Positions 1 to 11,863 of a DNA stretch of 53,688 nucleotides are shown in pieces. Below the pieces are notes generated by a model that saw nothing but the letters and a program-made list of their open reading frames with translations, was not told the DNA's origin and did not search any database. This stretch comes from Carpediemonas membranifera BICM (taxonomy: Eukaryota; Protista; Fornicata), in the NCBI GenBank assembly GCA_019828565.1, contig JAHDYR010000057.1, forward strand, positions 1 through 53,688. Direction: 5' to 3'. The position numbers were made by a program, and so were the translations under genes. Position 1 is the first letter of the stretch. Each line of letters opens with the position of its first letter.

Positions 1-292
1 TGGCGCTACCTCGTGGAAAAGGAATTCAGGCCTTGCCGAGGAAGAGGCGTAGTTATTGCGGCTCATTGTATTCTACATACCAAAAAGTGCGCATCACATG
101 TCTTTCAGTACATGTTACATGACCTACATATGATATTCATGACGAAGTTCACACGAATCATCTTTTTTCCAACATGATTATTTACATTTCGTGTGAATTG
201 CCCGGACCTAAAAAGGTCCATAAGGTCTATTTTTCAAATAACGGGCAATATGCAAATGGATCATTCAATGGAGTTTCATCCCACATTCCCCT

Positions 293-3200
293 CTAATCCT
301 CAGGGAACACCTCCAGCAGCTTCTCCAGCAACTTGGGCGATATGCCTTCCCTGGGAACCGACCTGAACATCAGCCCGAGCTGGCGGCGAGTGCGGCCGTT
401 CCTCACGATGGAGCGATAGAGGTGCACATAGTAGAACACGCCGAGCATCGCCACGAAGACGCCCAGGAAATAGGCCGCGTCCGTCCTTGTGCTGGTCAGT
501 TGGGTGTCGAGTCTGGCGTAGAGGTGGTCCCAGATCAGATGCAGGCCCGCGGTGACGTCGAGGTCGATGATCCTCGTCATGAGGCTCATGAGGGTGGCGT
601 CGGTGCTGCCCGAGTCGATCTCCTCCAAGTGGGTCTTGGCGGCACTCAACACAGCAGATACAGCGTTGATGACACCATGGCCACTGGCGCTGTACATGAC
701 GAAAGGGGCCTCGCACATGTCGTCAAAGAACCTGAAGCAGGCCGAGTTGTACAGCAGGTCGGTGATCTCGTCCTCATAGGCACCCTCGATCCAAGAGTCG
801 CCGCTGCCGAGCAGGCGGTTGAGACCCCTTGCCGGAATAGCGACGAATTCTGGCACGTTTCCCCAGGTATCGCTGACCGCGTCGTCGTTAATCGCGGAGC
901 TGCCAGTAAGATGGGCAACAAAGCTCGAGAGATCGTCGAGGAACGATCCGTACAGTCCTGACGCGTAAGCCGTGGTGACGGGCGATGGTCCGCCGGCCGA
1001 GACGTAGGCCAGGGAGGAAGAGATTGAGGCGAGCCCCCTGATTCTGTTGGCCGTCCGGAACTGGTAGAAGAGCGTCATCGCGGCTGTGGTGACGAGGCTC
1101 GAGCGGTAGACGACGACGGCGAGCATGGCCAGGAACACTGCCCCGAAGATGAGCATCCAGAGGCAGATCATGGGGAGCACCCGCCCGACCATGCGGAGCT
1201 GGATGAACGCACGGCGGAGACGGTGGGCGGCCGCGCCGTCTGCTTCGCGGAGTGAGAATAGCTTGCTGGAGCTGGAGGTGCCGTCGGACTCGGGCAGCAG
1301 GGCGTGGGTCCGGGCGTCCTCCTCGTTCTCCGCCTCATTGGGGAAACCGTCCCCCTCGTCCTGCAGGCTCTGCTGGGACACTGTGCCCGGCGCCCTGGAG
1401 GAGTTCAGGGGGGACTTGACACTCGCCAGTTGGAACGTGAGGGTGGTCGACCGCCGCGTCATGGCTGGGGAAAGGGCCTGATTCGGTGTGTCGAATTCAG
1501 ACTCAGCGCGGGTATTGACTATCTCCGACCGACCCCGCACAGCTCTTTTGAATGAATCAATTTCATTGACCATGGCGTCGAGGGTGGACCCTGGAATGAG
1601 GGTGAGCAGGCGGATGGCGCGCATGGAGAACTTGTTGTGGCCGACAGTTGGTCTGACATAGAGTACGAGCGTCGTGAGGAAGAAGCTGGCCTCGACGAGG
1701 ACAAACACGGCGAAGAACGTCGTCAGCTCGAGCAGTGGAAAGATCTGGGTGAATACGAAGGCGTCCCCCGCGACGGTGTTCAGGCCCTGCATGATTGGGC
1801 TCAGCATCGCCTTCTCGTAGGCCATGATCGTGTCCATATTGCCGCTGATGCAGTCTCCAGTGGCTGTTGCTGATCCTGCGTCGAGTTCTGCGGCGACACA
1901 TGCGGCGATCGACTCGCACGTGTGTACGACACTGGAGTAATACGCCATGAGGGAGACGTCCTCGGTGCCCGTCTCGACCAGGCCCTGGAACACGGGCACG
2001 GTGATGGTGGCGGAGGAGAGCAGGTCGGGGATGTTGATGATCATGTGGGTCGCGGCCTTCATGGCAGCACCGAGCATGTCGTCGTACCACGTCTCGTCGA
2101 GCTCGAGCACGCTGTAGGCATCGATGTCCTTGTACGTCTCGTACGTTGCCCCGCCATACGTGTACATCGCCTGAGGAACGTTGTCCATGGCATGCTCCTG
2201 GAACCGTGGCGCCATCTCAGCAATGGACGCCCGCCACGGCACACCGGCGTAGGATGCGGCGCCGACGATGTACTCCCCGAGATTGATACGGAGGAGGGTG
2301 AAGGTCGCGGCGACGTGCTGGACGCAGGCGCTGGCTTGGACGACACCGATGGTGAGCCAGAGGATGTTGTTGTGCAGGTATGTGAAACCGATAATGGTCA
2401 CGATGCCGGCAGCGATGAAGGCGGCGATGAGGAGGATGACAACCACCGCCCTGGAGTGGTGGATGAAGCCCGCGGACCCGTGGTCGGCCGTGTCAATGCG
2501 GGTCACCCTGACGTTGTTCTTCTCGTTCTCCCCCTCTCCTGGGGCGACCTCGAGCTCGTCAGCGACGCCGTACAGCTCCTCGCAGTACGCGGCGACAGCG
2601 GGGGACGGGTCAATAATGGAGAGGTACTGGGCATAGGACCGGATGATGCGGGGGGTCGGGTGGTTCAGGGCCCGCGTGTACAGGGCGTCGATCTGGGCAC
2701 GCAGGGCCGATATCTTCTCGACAGCGCCCATGTAGAACTTGAAGTTTGCCGTCGAGGGCTGACCGGCGTTGGCGAGGATACGGCGCCATATGTTGGCCAT
2801 CTCGTCGGCGAGGTGGCGCTGTGCTTTCATCAGCGTGTGCTGGTCTCGCTGGGCCTCGAGCCTCGTCAGGACGTTCGCATCGCTGTGCAGGGATGCCGTG
2901 TAGTTCTTGCACAGGAACCGCTCGTACTGGAAGTCGAGGCTGAACGACCGCTTCATGGTGCTGGCCGTCGAGTACAGGGCCGACTGGAGCGAGTGGCCCC
3001 GGTATGCGGCGGTGTAGATGATGTAAGTCAGGGCGAGGTATGCGCTGTGCGGCCAGCGGGAGCGTGTGATCTGGAACAGCCGCATGCCGTACGTGGTCTC
3101 CTCCTCGATGGTCTGGCGCGACTGGGCGATTAGCTCGAGGTCCTCGGGGGAGAGGCGGGTCTTGTCCAGCACGCCAGCCTCACTGATCGTGCCGACAAAC

Positions 3201-4365
3201 TCGAATATCGTCATCGGCACGCGCTTGTTGATCGCAGCGACGTCCTTTTTCGCCTTGGCGATCTTCTTGCGAGATTCCCTCAGCGCGACCTCGACCTGGT
3301 ATGGGAAGAGCAGGAAAGGCCTGGTCTCCGGCATCTGGTCAGGGCTCTCCAGGGTCATCACCTCCGCCCTGTACTTCCTCGTGGCGAGTGTGGTGAGCTT
3401 GACCGAAAGGACGGGGAGGGTCATGACGGCGGGGGTCAGCAGGAGGAGGACCAGGGCGAGCCAGGGCGTCAGGGCAGCAGTGGCAGTGGCGCAGAGGAGC
3501 CAGTTGATAGTTATGAGGATTATATTAGCCGGGGTCTTGTAATAGGGAGTAAAAACAGCGAGGAGGATGACAATAAATAAAGCTGCGCCAGACACGATGA
3601 TCCCACGGGCGAGCGTGTGGATGCCCGGGAAGCTGAACACCAGCACGCCACCCGAGAGAAAGAGTGCCATGATCGACTCGAGCCGGGCGTGCTGCCGGCC
3701 TAGGGGCAGCGTGGTCAGGTGGGAGAACTGGTAGGACAGCCACATCGTGAAGGTGGTGTGAAGCGCATGGATCAACGAGCCTACCGCGAATATGGCAGCG
3801 ATAATGAGGTCTGCAGCGTTGAGGCTGAGTCTCGATGCAATCTGGTAGTCGAGGATGAGCGAGATGGGCAGGTTTAGGACGGTCGACCGGGTCATGTAGG
3901 ACACCGTGAGGGAGCGGATCAGCCACTTGTTGGCAAGGGCGTTGGTGGATGTCATTTGCCTGATGGCGAGAAGGTGGATGGCGAGCATGCCGAATACAAG
4001 AATAAGAGTGATAGCGCACACTATGTTCATGGCAGAGGTGCTGAGCACGTCAGGGAGGGGGCCGAGACGCGTCCACGACAACCCGTACTGCCAGGAGGAG
4101 AGGGCAGGCCACTCGTACATGCTGGCGTCGGCACATATCGAGAATGCGTGGACGGCGATCAGCAAGAAGCTGATTGAGTACATCGTTCGAAGGACTGCAG
4201 ACTTGGGGGTGCTAATATAGGCGAGTTCGAAGACTGTATGAGAGGGGAATCCAAAAAACAACACAAACTTGCCGCTTTGGTGCTGTGGAGAATTGTTCCG
4301 GCCTCAGCAGCATCCGTTGATGCAGAAGTGCCCGTTTGCGAGTTAACGCTGGGCGCCGTTGACAT
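293..4365 (-). CDS. Large multi-pass membrane protein (TmcB/TmcC-like architecture), function unknown; probable intron 4234-4268
   Basis: 1323-aa ORF with ~8 N-terminal hydrophobic helices, a helical cytoplasmic region and further TM pairs. A 35-nt GTTTGT...ACAG intron joins ATG 4365 in frame (…TKAA-IFELAY…). Family label is by architecture only. Confidence 0.7.
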
Positions 4366-5257
4366 TACGGTTTAATAGCTCAAGGTTTGGGCCAGATGGA
4401 CCGACTTGGACTGGGTCGGCGATTTTTCTTTCGAATAGGATCTGTCCCACGGAAGGGCAAATCAGCGAGAGATCGCTATCTATGCCCTCTACAGGTCTGT
4501 GAAGTGGAAATCGACTCCTGTCGAAAAGCGAATCAAAATAGATTGCGAGAGCATCGGCCAAATCTCGCTGAGTATCGCCAAAAATACTGGAGTTGCCTTA
4601 CACTTTTACCGGAAATAAAATAGACTCAGCATTGCGCGTGACAGGCTCCAGACAATGAAGTGGTCGGTCCCGGAGCCAGCGAAGCGGCTTGCGACGGGCT
4701 AGGTGGACAGGCCAAGAGCAGAACGCAGCGGAAATTTCCTGCTATTGCACGTATAGCCATTGATCGGTGACCGAACGCGATCTTGCTCATGCAGCAACCT
4801 CCTGACTGACCCGAATCATTCTGTGGTCGCAGGGTGTGACTCAAACAAGCACACCAAACAGTGGCGTGTGGCGTCTTTCTGAGCTCCAAAAGGTGCAGAT
4901 ACTGATATTGTTAACTAGCGAGGCCGCACACGGCGGGGGGTGCAATGCTGCGGCAACCTCAGGGGACTTTTCCAAGAACAAGTCGAGGAAAGAAGTCCCC
5001 GGTCTGAAAAATTCGGTTGGATCTAAAAACTACCCGGAGGCAGTATTTGTGTGATCAAACACAAAAGAACATGAAACTTCACTTGAATTCGAGCTAGTCG
5101 AAGAAGACTGGTGGTGAAAGAAAAAAGAAACGTCGGAAAAAAACTCCCCCGTTCTAAGCGCGCATACCCCCCGCCTTGGTTGCCGTTGCGTGGACGCGCG
5201 TTTTGCTTGAATAAAATGGGCTGAGAAAAAAAGAGATGATGGAACTCAGTTTAGAAC

Positions 5258-6177
5258 TTAGAAGTGGCCAGCCATGGAGCCAGAGCGCTCAATACCGCAC
5301 TCGTTAACACCACGCTTGATCTTAAAGGTGCCACCGATACCCCAGTTGTTGCCCCAAGAGTTGGCGACAGTCCAGTATTCGACACCGGCCTCGACACCCC
5401 AGCCGATGATCTTGATGGCGTGGCCACCCATCTCAGCGCCGGACTTGTGCTCATAAACACCGGACTTGTAGTAGTAGAAATCACGATAGACGACAAAGGC
5501 AGCCTCGATGGGGCCGTAGTTGAAGATCTCCTCCATGATCTCGCTGGTGGTACGAAGGTGCCTGAAGTTCTTGGCCTTGTAACGAACGGGAGAGGAGCCA
5601 TCCTTGCAGTGGGAGGGGCAGGCGGGAACGTGGCCAGCACCGGACTCGTAGGGAAGGCAGGCGTCAGTGGTGATGCCGTCCCTCTCAATGTAGCGCCAGA
5701 CACGCTCCATGTTGCCGCCGTTGCAGCCGTGGTTGGTGTGGTCGCAAGAGACGAGCCACTGGGGAGAGAACTTGATAGACTTGCCGGTGGCAATGCAGTG
5801 GCGGTCAGAGGCAGACTCGGCGGCACCGAAGGCCCAGCAGGAACCGCACTGGGCCTGGTTACGGATCTCCTTCACGGTGGGGCAGGAAGCGCCCCACTTG
5901 TCGCGGGAGTCGAAGTGCTCGGGAAGGCCGTTGACGGGGGTTTCCTCCACATCGATGAAGTCGCGGTGGCGAGGAGTGGGAATGGTGCGCATAACCATGC
6001 GAGAGAGCTCCCAATCGGACTTGCCGACGAAATGGTCGTGGATACCAACCTTTGTGACACAAAACAGAATATACAAACCTCCCAAGAGGGGTTGGAGCGG
6101 CGGATCATCTCAGCCTCATGCTCCGTGAGTTGGGCGAAAGTGACAGCAATCAGCGCAAGAGCGATAATCAGCTTCAT
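5258..6177 (-). CDS. Cathepsin B-like cysteine protease (papain family C1A) with signal peptide; intron 6050-6078
   Basis: QAQCGSCWAF catalytic Cys motif, GCNGG, GGHAIKIIGWG, ANSWG. A 29-nt GT-AG intron joins MKLIIALALIAVTFA…SWE to VGIHDH. Confidence 0.95.
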
Positions 6178-6676
6178 TCTTCGATTTTTGGTTGTGGTGG
6201 CGGGTTTCGCCCAAGTGGATATGAGAAGATCTTTGCCGATCGGCTGATTGAGTCAGCGTCGTCATGCGTATCAGTCGTTGGGGTGACTCAGTCTGGACTC
6301 CCGCGTGCTTTGAAGCACGGTTTGAGAGTTTGACCTGCCATGACCAGGTTGACCAGGTTGGACTGCGCCCAGCTGGCTTTGGAAAGAGAGCGAGAGGTGG
6401 CTTTTTCCCTGCTATTGTGGCTGGATTGGAGGTTCTGTGCGAGGGTATGGCGTTCACCCCGTCCCGGGTTCAAGGACGGCGGGTCGGGACTAAAAACGAG
6501 AGCATAGGACTGCTTTCTGGAACAAGCACGTTTCCACAGTCCCAAATCCTCTCATATCATGCTGTATCTCGAGAAATATTTTTTCATGCATGTCGTCGAC
6601 CGATGACACAAACGCAGACACGCCGGAAATGCGACATGAGACGTGAGGCAGAATCCCACAACTTAGAATCTAACTA

Positions 6677-7918
6677 ATGTTTCACGTAGACAAGCTCTAT
6701 GCATCCTCATTACTTCATCCAACCGAGAACGTCAAGCATTCCGCCTATGTTCCTGTCGCCGAGAGCGACACCAATAACTCACAACCTCTCACCAACACAC
6801 TCGATAACAGGCTCCTGTTCCAACACCCAGAGAAGGCAAGCAGCGACCCCATCGCTCTGTACAAGTCTGCATTGCCCACTGCCACATGCCACCCCGCCAC
6901 CTCGGCCTTCTCCAACCTCGAGCCAAGGTCACTCGGCCTAAGCTTCAGCCTCCTCGATGACTTCTACGTCAACCTTGTGGCGTGGAACTGGGAACGCCTG
7001 GTGCTCGGAGTCAATCGACGCGTCGTGCTGCTCCACCCCGGCACCGGCAACACACGCCCGCTGTACACCATGGATGCCCAGTGGGTGCACCATCGAATCA
7101 CCTCTCTGACTGTCAGCGCGGACGAGCACTTTGTAATCTTTGGTACAACCCGAGGTGGAGTTGGCTTCGTCGAGTCGCGACTCGGAAAGCTCTGCCTCAG
7201 GCATGTCATTGCCAATGTTGGTCGCATCTGCGTTCTGGCCGCCCACCCCCGCCTCCCACTCGTGGCGGCCGGGACCAAGTGCGGGTCGATATATCTGCTC
7301 AACTACCGCTCGGGCGAGATCGCAGAACTCATTGGCCACAATCAGGAGGTATGCGGTCTCCGCTGGTCGAACAACGGCACCCAGCTGGTGTCTGGCGGTA
7401 ACGATAGCACAGTCTATGTGTGGCGGCCCGACCTCGGCGACCTCTCAGCCACAGTCTGCCCATTCACCTCACTCCCGGGCCACAATGCGGCTGTGAAGAG
7501 TATCTGCTGGAATCCAGAGATGCCGCACATCCTCGCGAGTGGCGCCGGGTCCAACGACGGCTGCATCCGCATCTTCGACACCCTCACCCAGCAGTGTCTC
7601 GCCTGCATATCCACTGGATCTCAGGTGTGCGGCGTCGAGTGGGTGGACTCGACCCACCTTGCCATATCCTGCGGGTTTTCTGCTAACACTGTCAACATTT
7701 GGACCTGGAACGTTCAGACATACGCCCTGGGGCAGGAGAGCCTCATTGCCCAGCACAGGTGCAGGGCGCTCTTCCTCACAGCCAGCAGGGACGGCAAGAG
7801 ACTGGCCTCGGTGGCCCCGGATGGCCGCACATTCGTCTGGTGTCTGTCTGAGCGGAGGACAGCGAAGGACCTCGATGTTTGCGACCTCAGCGGGTTGTTT
7901 AGCAGGCTTGCAATGTGA
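6677..7918 (+). CDS. Cdc20/Fizzy-family WD40 APC/C activator (divergent)
   Basis: LDDFYVNLVAW, GHNQEVCGLRWS, LVSGGND, HNAAVKSICW, LASGAGSND and TGSQVC are Cdc20/Cdh1 WD40 signatures. Confidence 0.9.
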   Translation: MFHVDKLYASSLLHPTENVKHSAYVPVAESDTNNSQPLTNTLDNRLLFQHPEKASSDPIALYKSALPTATCHPATSAFSNLEPRSLGLSFSLLDDFYVNLVAWNWERLVLGVNRRVVLLHPGTGNTRPLYTMDAQWVHHRITSLTVSADEHFVIFGTTRGGVGFVESRLGKLCLRHVIANVGRICVLAAHPRLPLVAAGTKCGSIYLLNYRSGEIAELIGHNQEVCGLRWSNNGTQLVSGGNDSTVYVWRPDLGDLSATVCPFTSLPGHNAAVKSICWNPEMPHILASGAGSNDGCIRIFDTLTQQCLACISTGSQVCGVEWVDSTHLAISCGFSANTVNIWTWNVQTYALGQESLIAQHRCRALFLTASRDGKRLASVAPDGRTFVWCLSERRTAKDLDVCDLSGLFSRLAM

Positions 7919-8129
7919 TTATGATGCGCCCCGATGCATGTTAGAGTAGACAACCAGAGGCGAGGTGCAGTATAGTCTAGCCGGCCTCAGAGTCATAAAT
8001 TACCTCATGCGATATGATCCAGACTAGTGTTGCGGGTTGTGGCTCGCATTTATACACAGGAGATGGCTGGGAGCCACTGCACACCGTCCGTCGGTGATCG
8101 TTCTGGTGAGAGAATTCTCATGGCATGTC

Positions 8130-8372
8130 CTAATCCCGCTTCAGCTCAGTAAAGAACTTAACAGCGAAGGCAAACGCATCATCGGGCTTCTCCAGCAAAA
8201 GGATACGGTAGAAATTGTCAAAAGTCTCCTTGATCTCTGGATGAGCGAGAATGTACTCCTCGTTCTTGATCTTAACCTCAATAATTTGTTCCTGAAGCTT
8301 GAACTGCTCCATCGGCGTCAGCTTATCAGCAATAGAAGCCATAGGAGTCAGCGGTGAAGGGATTTTTGCCAT
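8130..8372 (-). CDS. RIIa/Dpy-30-type docking-domain protein (RIIAD1-like)
   Basis: 80 aa from ATG 8372; KIKNEEYILAHPEIKETFDNFYRILLLEKPDDAFAFAVKFF matches the RIIa D/D pattern as I recall it. Confidence 0.7.
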   Translation of the reverse strand: MAKIPSPLTPMASIADKLTPMEQFKLQEQIIEVKIKNEEYILAHPEIKETFDNFYRILLLEKPDDAFAFAVKFFTELKRD

Positions 8373-8457
8373 AAACTGCACTATGAAAATGAGTCTTGAG
8401 ACTCTGTAGTGGGACAGAAAGAAAAGATAGAGCATATAATGAAACACCTCGAAGTAT

Positions 8458-9099
8458 TTACTCCTCCTTGGGCTCAAGGACAGTCACGAGATCGGGCTGG
8501 ATGGCGTTCTTGTCGAAGCGAGAGGTGGGAAGGCAGATCTTGACCTGGATGCCGAGGACACCCTGGCGCATGTGGAGAGCGGTAGTGCAGGTGTCAACGT
8601 AGTCAATGCCGGGCTGGCCAGTGCGGAGGATGTAGCCATCGCGGTACTTCTGGGACTTCGCACGGGCAGCACGCAACTTGCCGGAGACGACGATCTCAAC
8701 ACCCTTGGCGCCAGCCTCCATGGCGGAGCGCATGACGGAGTAGGCGGCACGGCGGACGGGGAGGCCCATCTCGAGCTTGAAGCGGAGGGACTCGGCCTGA
8801 GCGGAGGCAGAGAGGCCACGCTCCATAACACGGTCGCAGAAAAGCTCAACGGCGCCATCCTTGAAGCCGTAGCGCTTCTGGATGAGGGAGGTGAGCTCAC
8901 GGAGGCGGCGGTTGTTGGTGCCGAGAACCTCACGGGTCTTGGTGGCGCGGATGACGATATCAGTCTTCATGGGGGAACGCTTGACCTCGCAGCCAGAGTA
9001 GCCCTCAGCGGCAAGCTCGCGGCGGAGGAACTCGTTGAGCTCGGCGTAGAAAAGGCCGTCGGCGACAGCCTTGTGCTTCTTGCTGATCATCTGTACCAT
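8458..9099 (-). CDS. RPS3: 40S ribosomal protein S3 (uS3)
   Basis: ISKKHKAVADGLFYAELNEFL, GLSASAQAESLRFKL, GAKGVEIVVSGKLRAARAK; start taken at ATG 9099. Confidence 0.97.
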   Translation of the reverse strand: MVQMISKKHKAVADGLFYAELNEFLRRELAAEGYSGCEVKRSPMKTDIVIRATKTREVLGTNNRRLRELTSLIQKRYGFKDGAVELFCDRVMERGLSASAQAESLRFKLEMGLPVRRAAYSVMRSAMEAGAKGVEIVVSGKLRAARAKSQKYRDGYILRTGQPGIDYVDTCTTALHMRQGVLGIQVKICLPTSRFDKNAIQPDLVTVLEPKEE

Positions 9100-9433
9100 G
9101 ATGAAGCTGTGTAAGCTATATGCGCTATGAGAGCATGTGAATTGAACACAATTCAGGCCCTTGGAGACATACACGAGCGAACGAAGGGAAAAGGCTTCTT
9201 TTTGCATGAAAAAAAGATGAGCCTCTGAACGTTCCACCGGCGCTCAATAAGCGGCAGTACGGAAGTCCCGACACAAGAACGTCACATGCAGCCTCATTCT
9301 TTTTTGGCGAAGCGAACAATGCCAAATATGGGTAACCCATCAGGCTATGGGCAGATGTGGATTTTACACTGAGAAAAGCACTGCATTCTACACTGACAGG
9401 TCCGTTAACGGAGCATGCCAACTCATAAATTCC

Positions 9434-9848
9434 TCAATCCCAGAACCCGGAGTCAAACTCGGTCGCCCGGGTCGTGGTGACCTGCTCCGCAGCCTGCATC
9501 TCCTTCAGAGCGCCAAGACCGATCCTTGCCATGTTGGAAGGCGTCGGTTCCTTGAGCTCACCGATGAGCACGATGTTCTCGGCACGAACCATCAGGAAAC
9601 CGACAGCAACGTCGCAGTAGAAGGTGTTGTGCGTCTTGCGCTCAACACACTGGTCCAAAAACACGCTTCCTGAGTAAAACAGACGACAAATGCATACCGT
9701 ATTGGTCGTACGAGCGAAGAATGCCGACAATCGTGCGGCCGTCAAAAAGAACGAGGAGGACAACACGATCCAGCTGATCAACAAGTGATGCGGTTCCTGG
9801 AGCGTCGTTAACCTCGAGCGTGCGCTGGGTTTCGCGATCACGGTTCAT
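9434..9848 (-). CDS. LSM1: Sm-like protein LSm1; intron 9670-9697
   Basis: PGTASLVDQLDR…DGRTIVGILRSYDQYG / SVFLDQCVER…VRAENIVLIGEL. A 28-nt GTATGC...TCAG intron joins two ORF-track frames. Confidence 0.88.
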
Positions 9849-10008
9849 TTGCCCAAATTGCTTAGCGCACTTTTGTGCATTGACCAATTTTGGTCGTGAG
9901 TTCCAGCATTCTGACCACACACACTGACACCCATTAGGCTCAACCATCACCCTGCCCCAGATTTCACCACGTCATTTTCCTCGTGACAGTTTAACCCCGG
10001 ATCCATCT

Positions 10009-11784
10009 ATGGCCTCCGTGCTCCTTCTAGAGACTATTCGAACAAACAAGAAGGTGTATGGGCACCATGAAAACAACAGACTGCGCGAGAAGCTTGATAC
10101 GTTCCACGCACAGTTCACATTCATCAAGACGTTCATTACAGCCAAACTACGCTTCTATCAGGATATCAAGGCAGATGAAGAGGTTAATCCGTACATGTGG
10201 ATGACAATTCAGTCAATTGTCACTGAAATGGACCGCCAGCTGCGCGAGGCTGAATCGCAGCTTTGCGATGTCTTCGTGGATGTCTCCTCTGAAGACAGCT
10301 GCCCCACCGTAGCAGTCTTCACCTCACTCGTACGAGCGCGGCGCACAGTCTCACTCCTCCATCCCCTTGCCGAGAAGCTCCTTGCCGTCGACGCTGCGGG
10401 GTACCATCCCACGAACCAAAAGGGGCCGGCCCGCCTCTCAGGCCTGCTCAACGAGCTATACTTCAGGAGCATACGGATACTCGACCCGGCCCACGCCGCC
10501 CACGCCCTGTGCCGGGCGGCCATCCACCCGCTGTGTTCCTCCATCGTCGAGGTCATGACCCGACCCAGCCCGGACCCGGCACTGTTATTCGCCATAGAGA
10601 TGGCTACCAAGCAGACCCTGCCCCTTGGACTCAACGGGGCGTGCCAGTCCATCCTCCAGAGTGTGCAGGACACCCGTATGGTGTCGGCCGCGAAGGCACC
10701 GCCCATGCCAGCTGACCCAGTGGTTGACAGGCTGATCGAGGCCATGTACAGCGGGCTGGGTGCCGCGGAGTACCTGGCTGAAATGTACCGCGAGCTGTCA
10801 CAGGACGCCGCTGCAGCCCTGCTCCGTTCTGGCCTGCTCGGTCATTTACAAATCCTATGCGCTGTCGGGTTGGGGGTCGACCCGTCAGTACGCCGTGCCA
10901 TGTACAGGGCCGCGGTCAGTCATCTCGAGGAGAGGGACGGCCGGCTGAGGGTTGCTGTCGTGGGGGGCCGGCCGATCAGCATCACGGGGTTCATGAATAG
11001 CATTCTTATGAAGTCGCCGCTGGGTGTGAGGCATCTCGAGCTGGCTAGGGACGCGAATGCGAGCTCTGTGATTGCTGCTGAGAACGCGCTGTCCTTACAC
11101 TGCACGGTGACGCTTTCAGACGACGTCGGCTTCGAGGTCTCCTACAATATCCCAAAGCCATTTGGATTCGTATGCACCCAGAGCCATATCAAGAAAATCT
11201 GCCAGATCGCACGGAGATTGGATAGATATCGACTCCTGGACGCGACTGTGACTCAACTCGAGGCGGATGCCCGGCAGTTCAAGGGCCTCCCCCTCCTCCC
11301 GCCCGCACTGAACCATCTGCCGAGCCTGCCCAAGCTGCGCCACGACCTGCAGCTTCTGGCGGTTGTGCTCCGTCTGCTGGACCGCGACATCAATACGGCG
11401 ATACAGGAGCGAGCCGCGGAGTTGTTTGCCGGGCTTCATTCGTGTACAATAGCTGGGATCAGCCCTTTGATCACTTCATTTATCGAGGATGTGAACGCGG
11501 CCACCCTTGGGTCAGGTCCGATCGTCTCATTCGTCGACACCCTCCTCGACTCGGCCGAGTTGCTGTGCACCGCGCTGTGGAAATCATTTGATTGGCTGGC
11601 TAAGAACAGGCAGGACGAGCTCCTGCTGACGGATAACCTGCACCATGAGGTCGCCAAGATCAGCAGCGATCGCCGGACCCGGCTCCTGCGGTTCCAGCAG
11701 AACCTGCGTCAGTTCGTCAGCAAGGCGGTGAAGAGCGACCTGTGCCCCGTGATGACAGCTGCACTATCCTGCGCGGAGGGGTGA
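10009..11784 (+). CDS. Helical protein, possibly a divergent gamma-tubulin complex component (Spc97/Spc98/GCP)
   Basis: 591-aa ORF; VSYNIPKPFGFVCTQSHIKKICQIARRL resembles the GRIP2 'Y.v.wPl..i....l..Y..if' segment. Product call is weak. Confidence 0.45.
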   Translation: MASVLLLETIRTNKKVYGHHENNRLREKLDTFHAQFTFIKTFITAKLRFYQDIKADEEVNPYMWMTIQSIVTEMDRQLREAESQLCDVFVDVSSEDSCPTVAVFTSLVRARRTVSLLHPLAEKLLAVDAAGYHPTNQKGPARLSGLLNELYFRSIRILDPAHAAHALCRAAIHPLCSSIVEVMTRPSPDPALLFAIEMATKQTLPLGLNGACQSILQSVQDTRMVSAAKAPPMPADPVVDRLIEAMYSGLGAAEYLAEMYRELSQDAAAALLRSGLLGHLQILCAVGLGVDPSVRRAMYRAAVSHLEERDGRLRVAVVGGRPISITGFMNSILMKSPLGVRHLELARDANASSVIAAENALSLHCTVTLSDDVGFEVSYNIPKPFGFVCTQSHIKKICQIARRLDRYRLLDATVTQLEADARQFKGLPLLPPALNHLPSLPKLRHDLQLLAVVLRLLDRDINTAIQERAAELFAGLHSCTIAGISPLITSFIEDVNAATLGSGPIVSFVDTLLDSAELLCTALWKSFDWLAKNRQDELLLTDNLHHEVAKISSDRRTRLLRFQQNLRQFVSKAVKSDLCPVMTAALSCAEG

Positions 11785-11863
11785 TGGGGCGAGTAATGGC
11801 ACTAATAAATGCACGCTTGGAGTGTTGAGCCGAACACCTTAATCATAGTCCACACATTTATTC

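Noticed and set aside
5-16. 12-bp match GCTACCTCGTGG with 32010-32021
   Set aside because: Short and isolated, with no extension; likely chance.
1922-3133. Long antisense ORFs (also 5264-6247, 14973-15872, 20903-21721, 22770-23564, 30913-31971)
   Set aside because: Shadows of real genes on the opposite strand caused by high GC3 codon bias; no motifs.
4366-5250. Relatively long intergenic gap (also 15822-16401) as a possible RNA gene
   Set aside because: No tRNA, rRNA or snRNA motif recognisable by eye; an Infernal/tRNAscan search would be needed.
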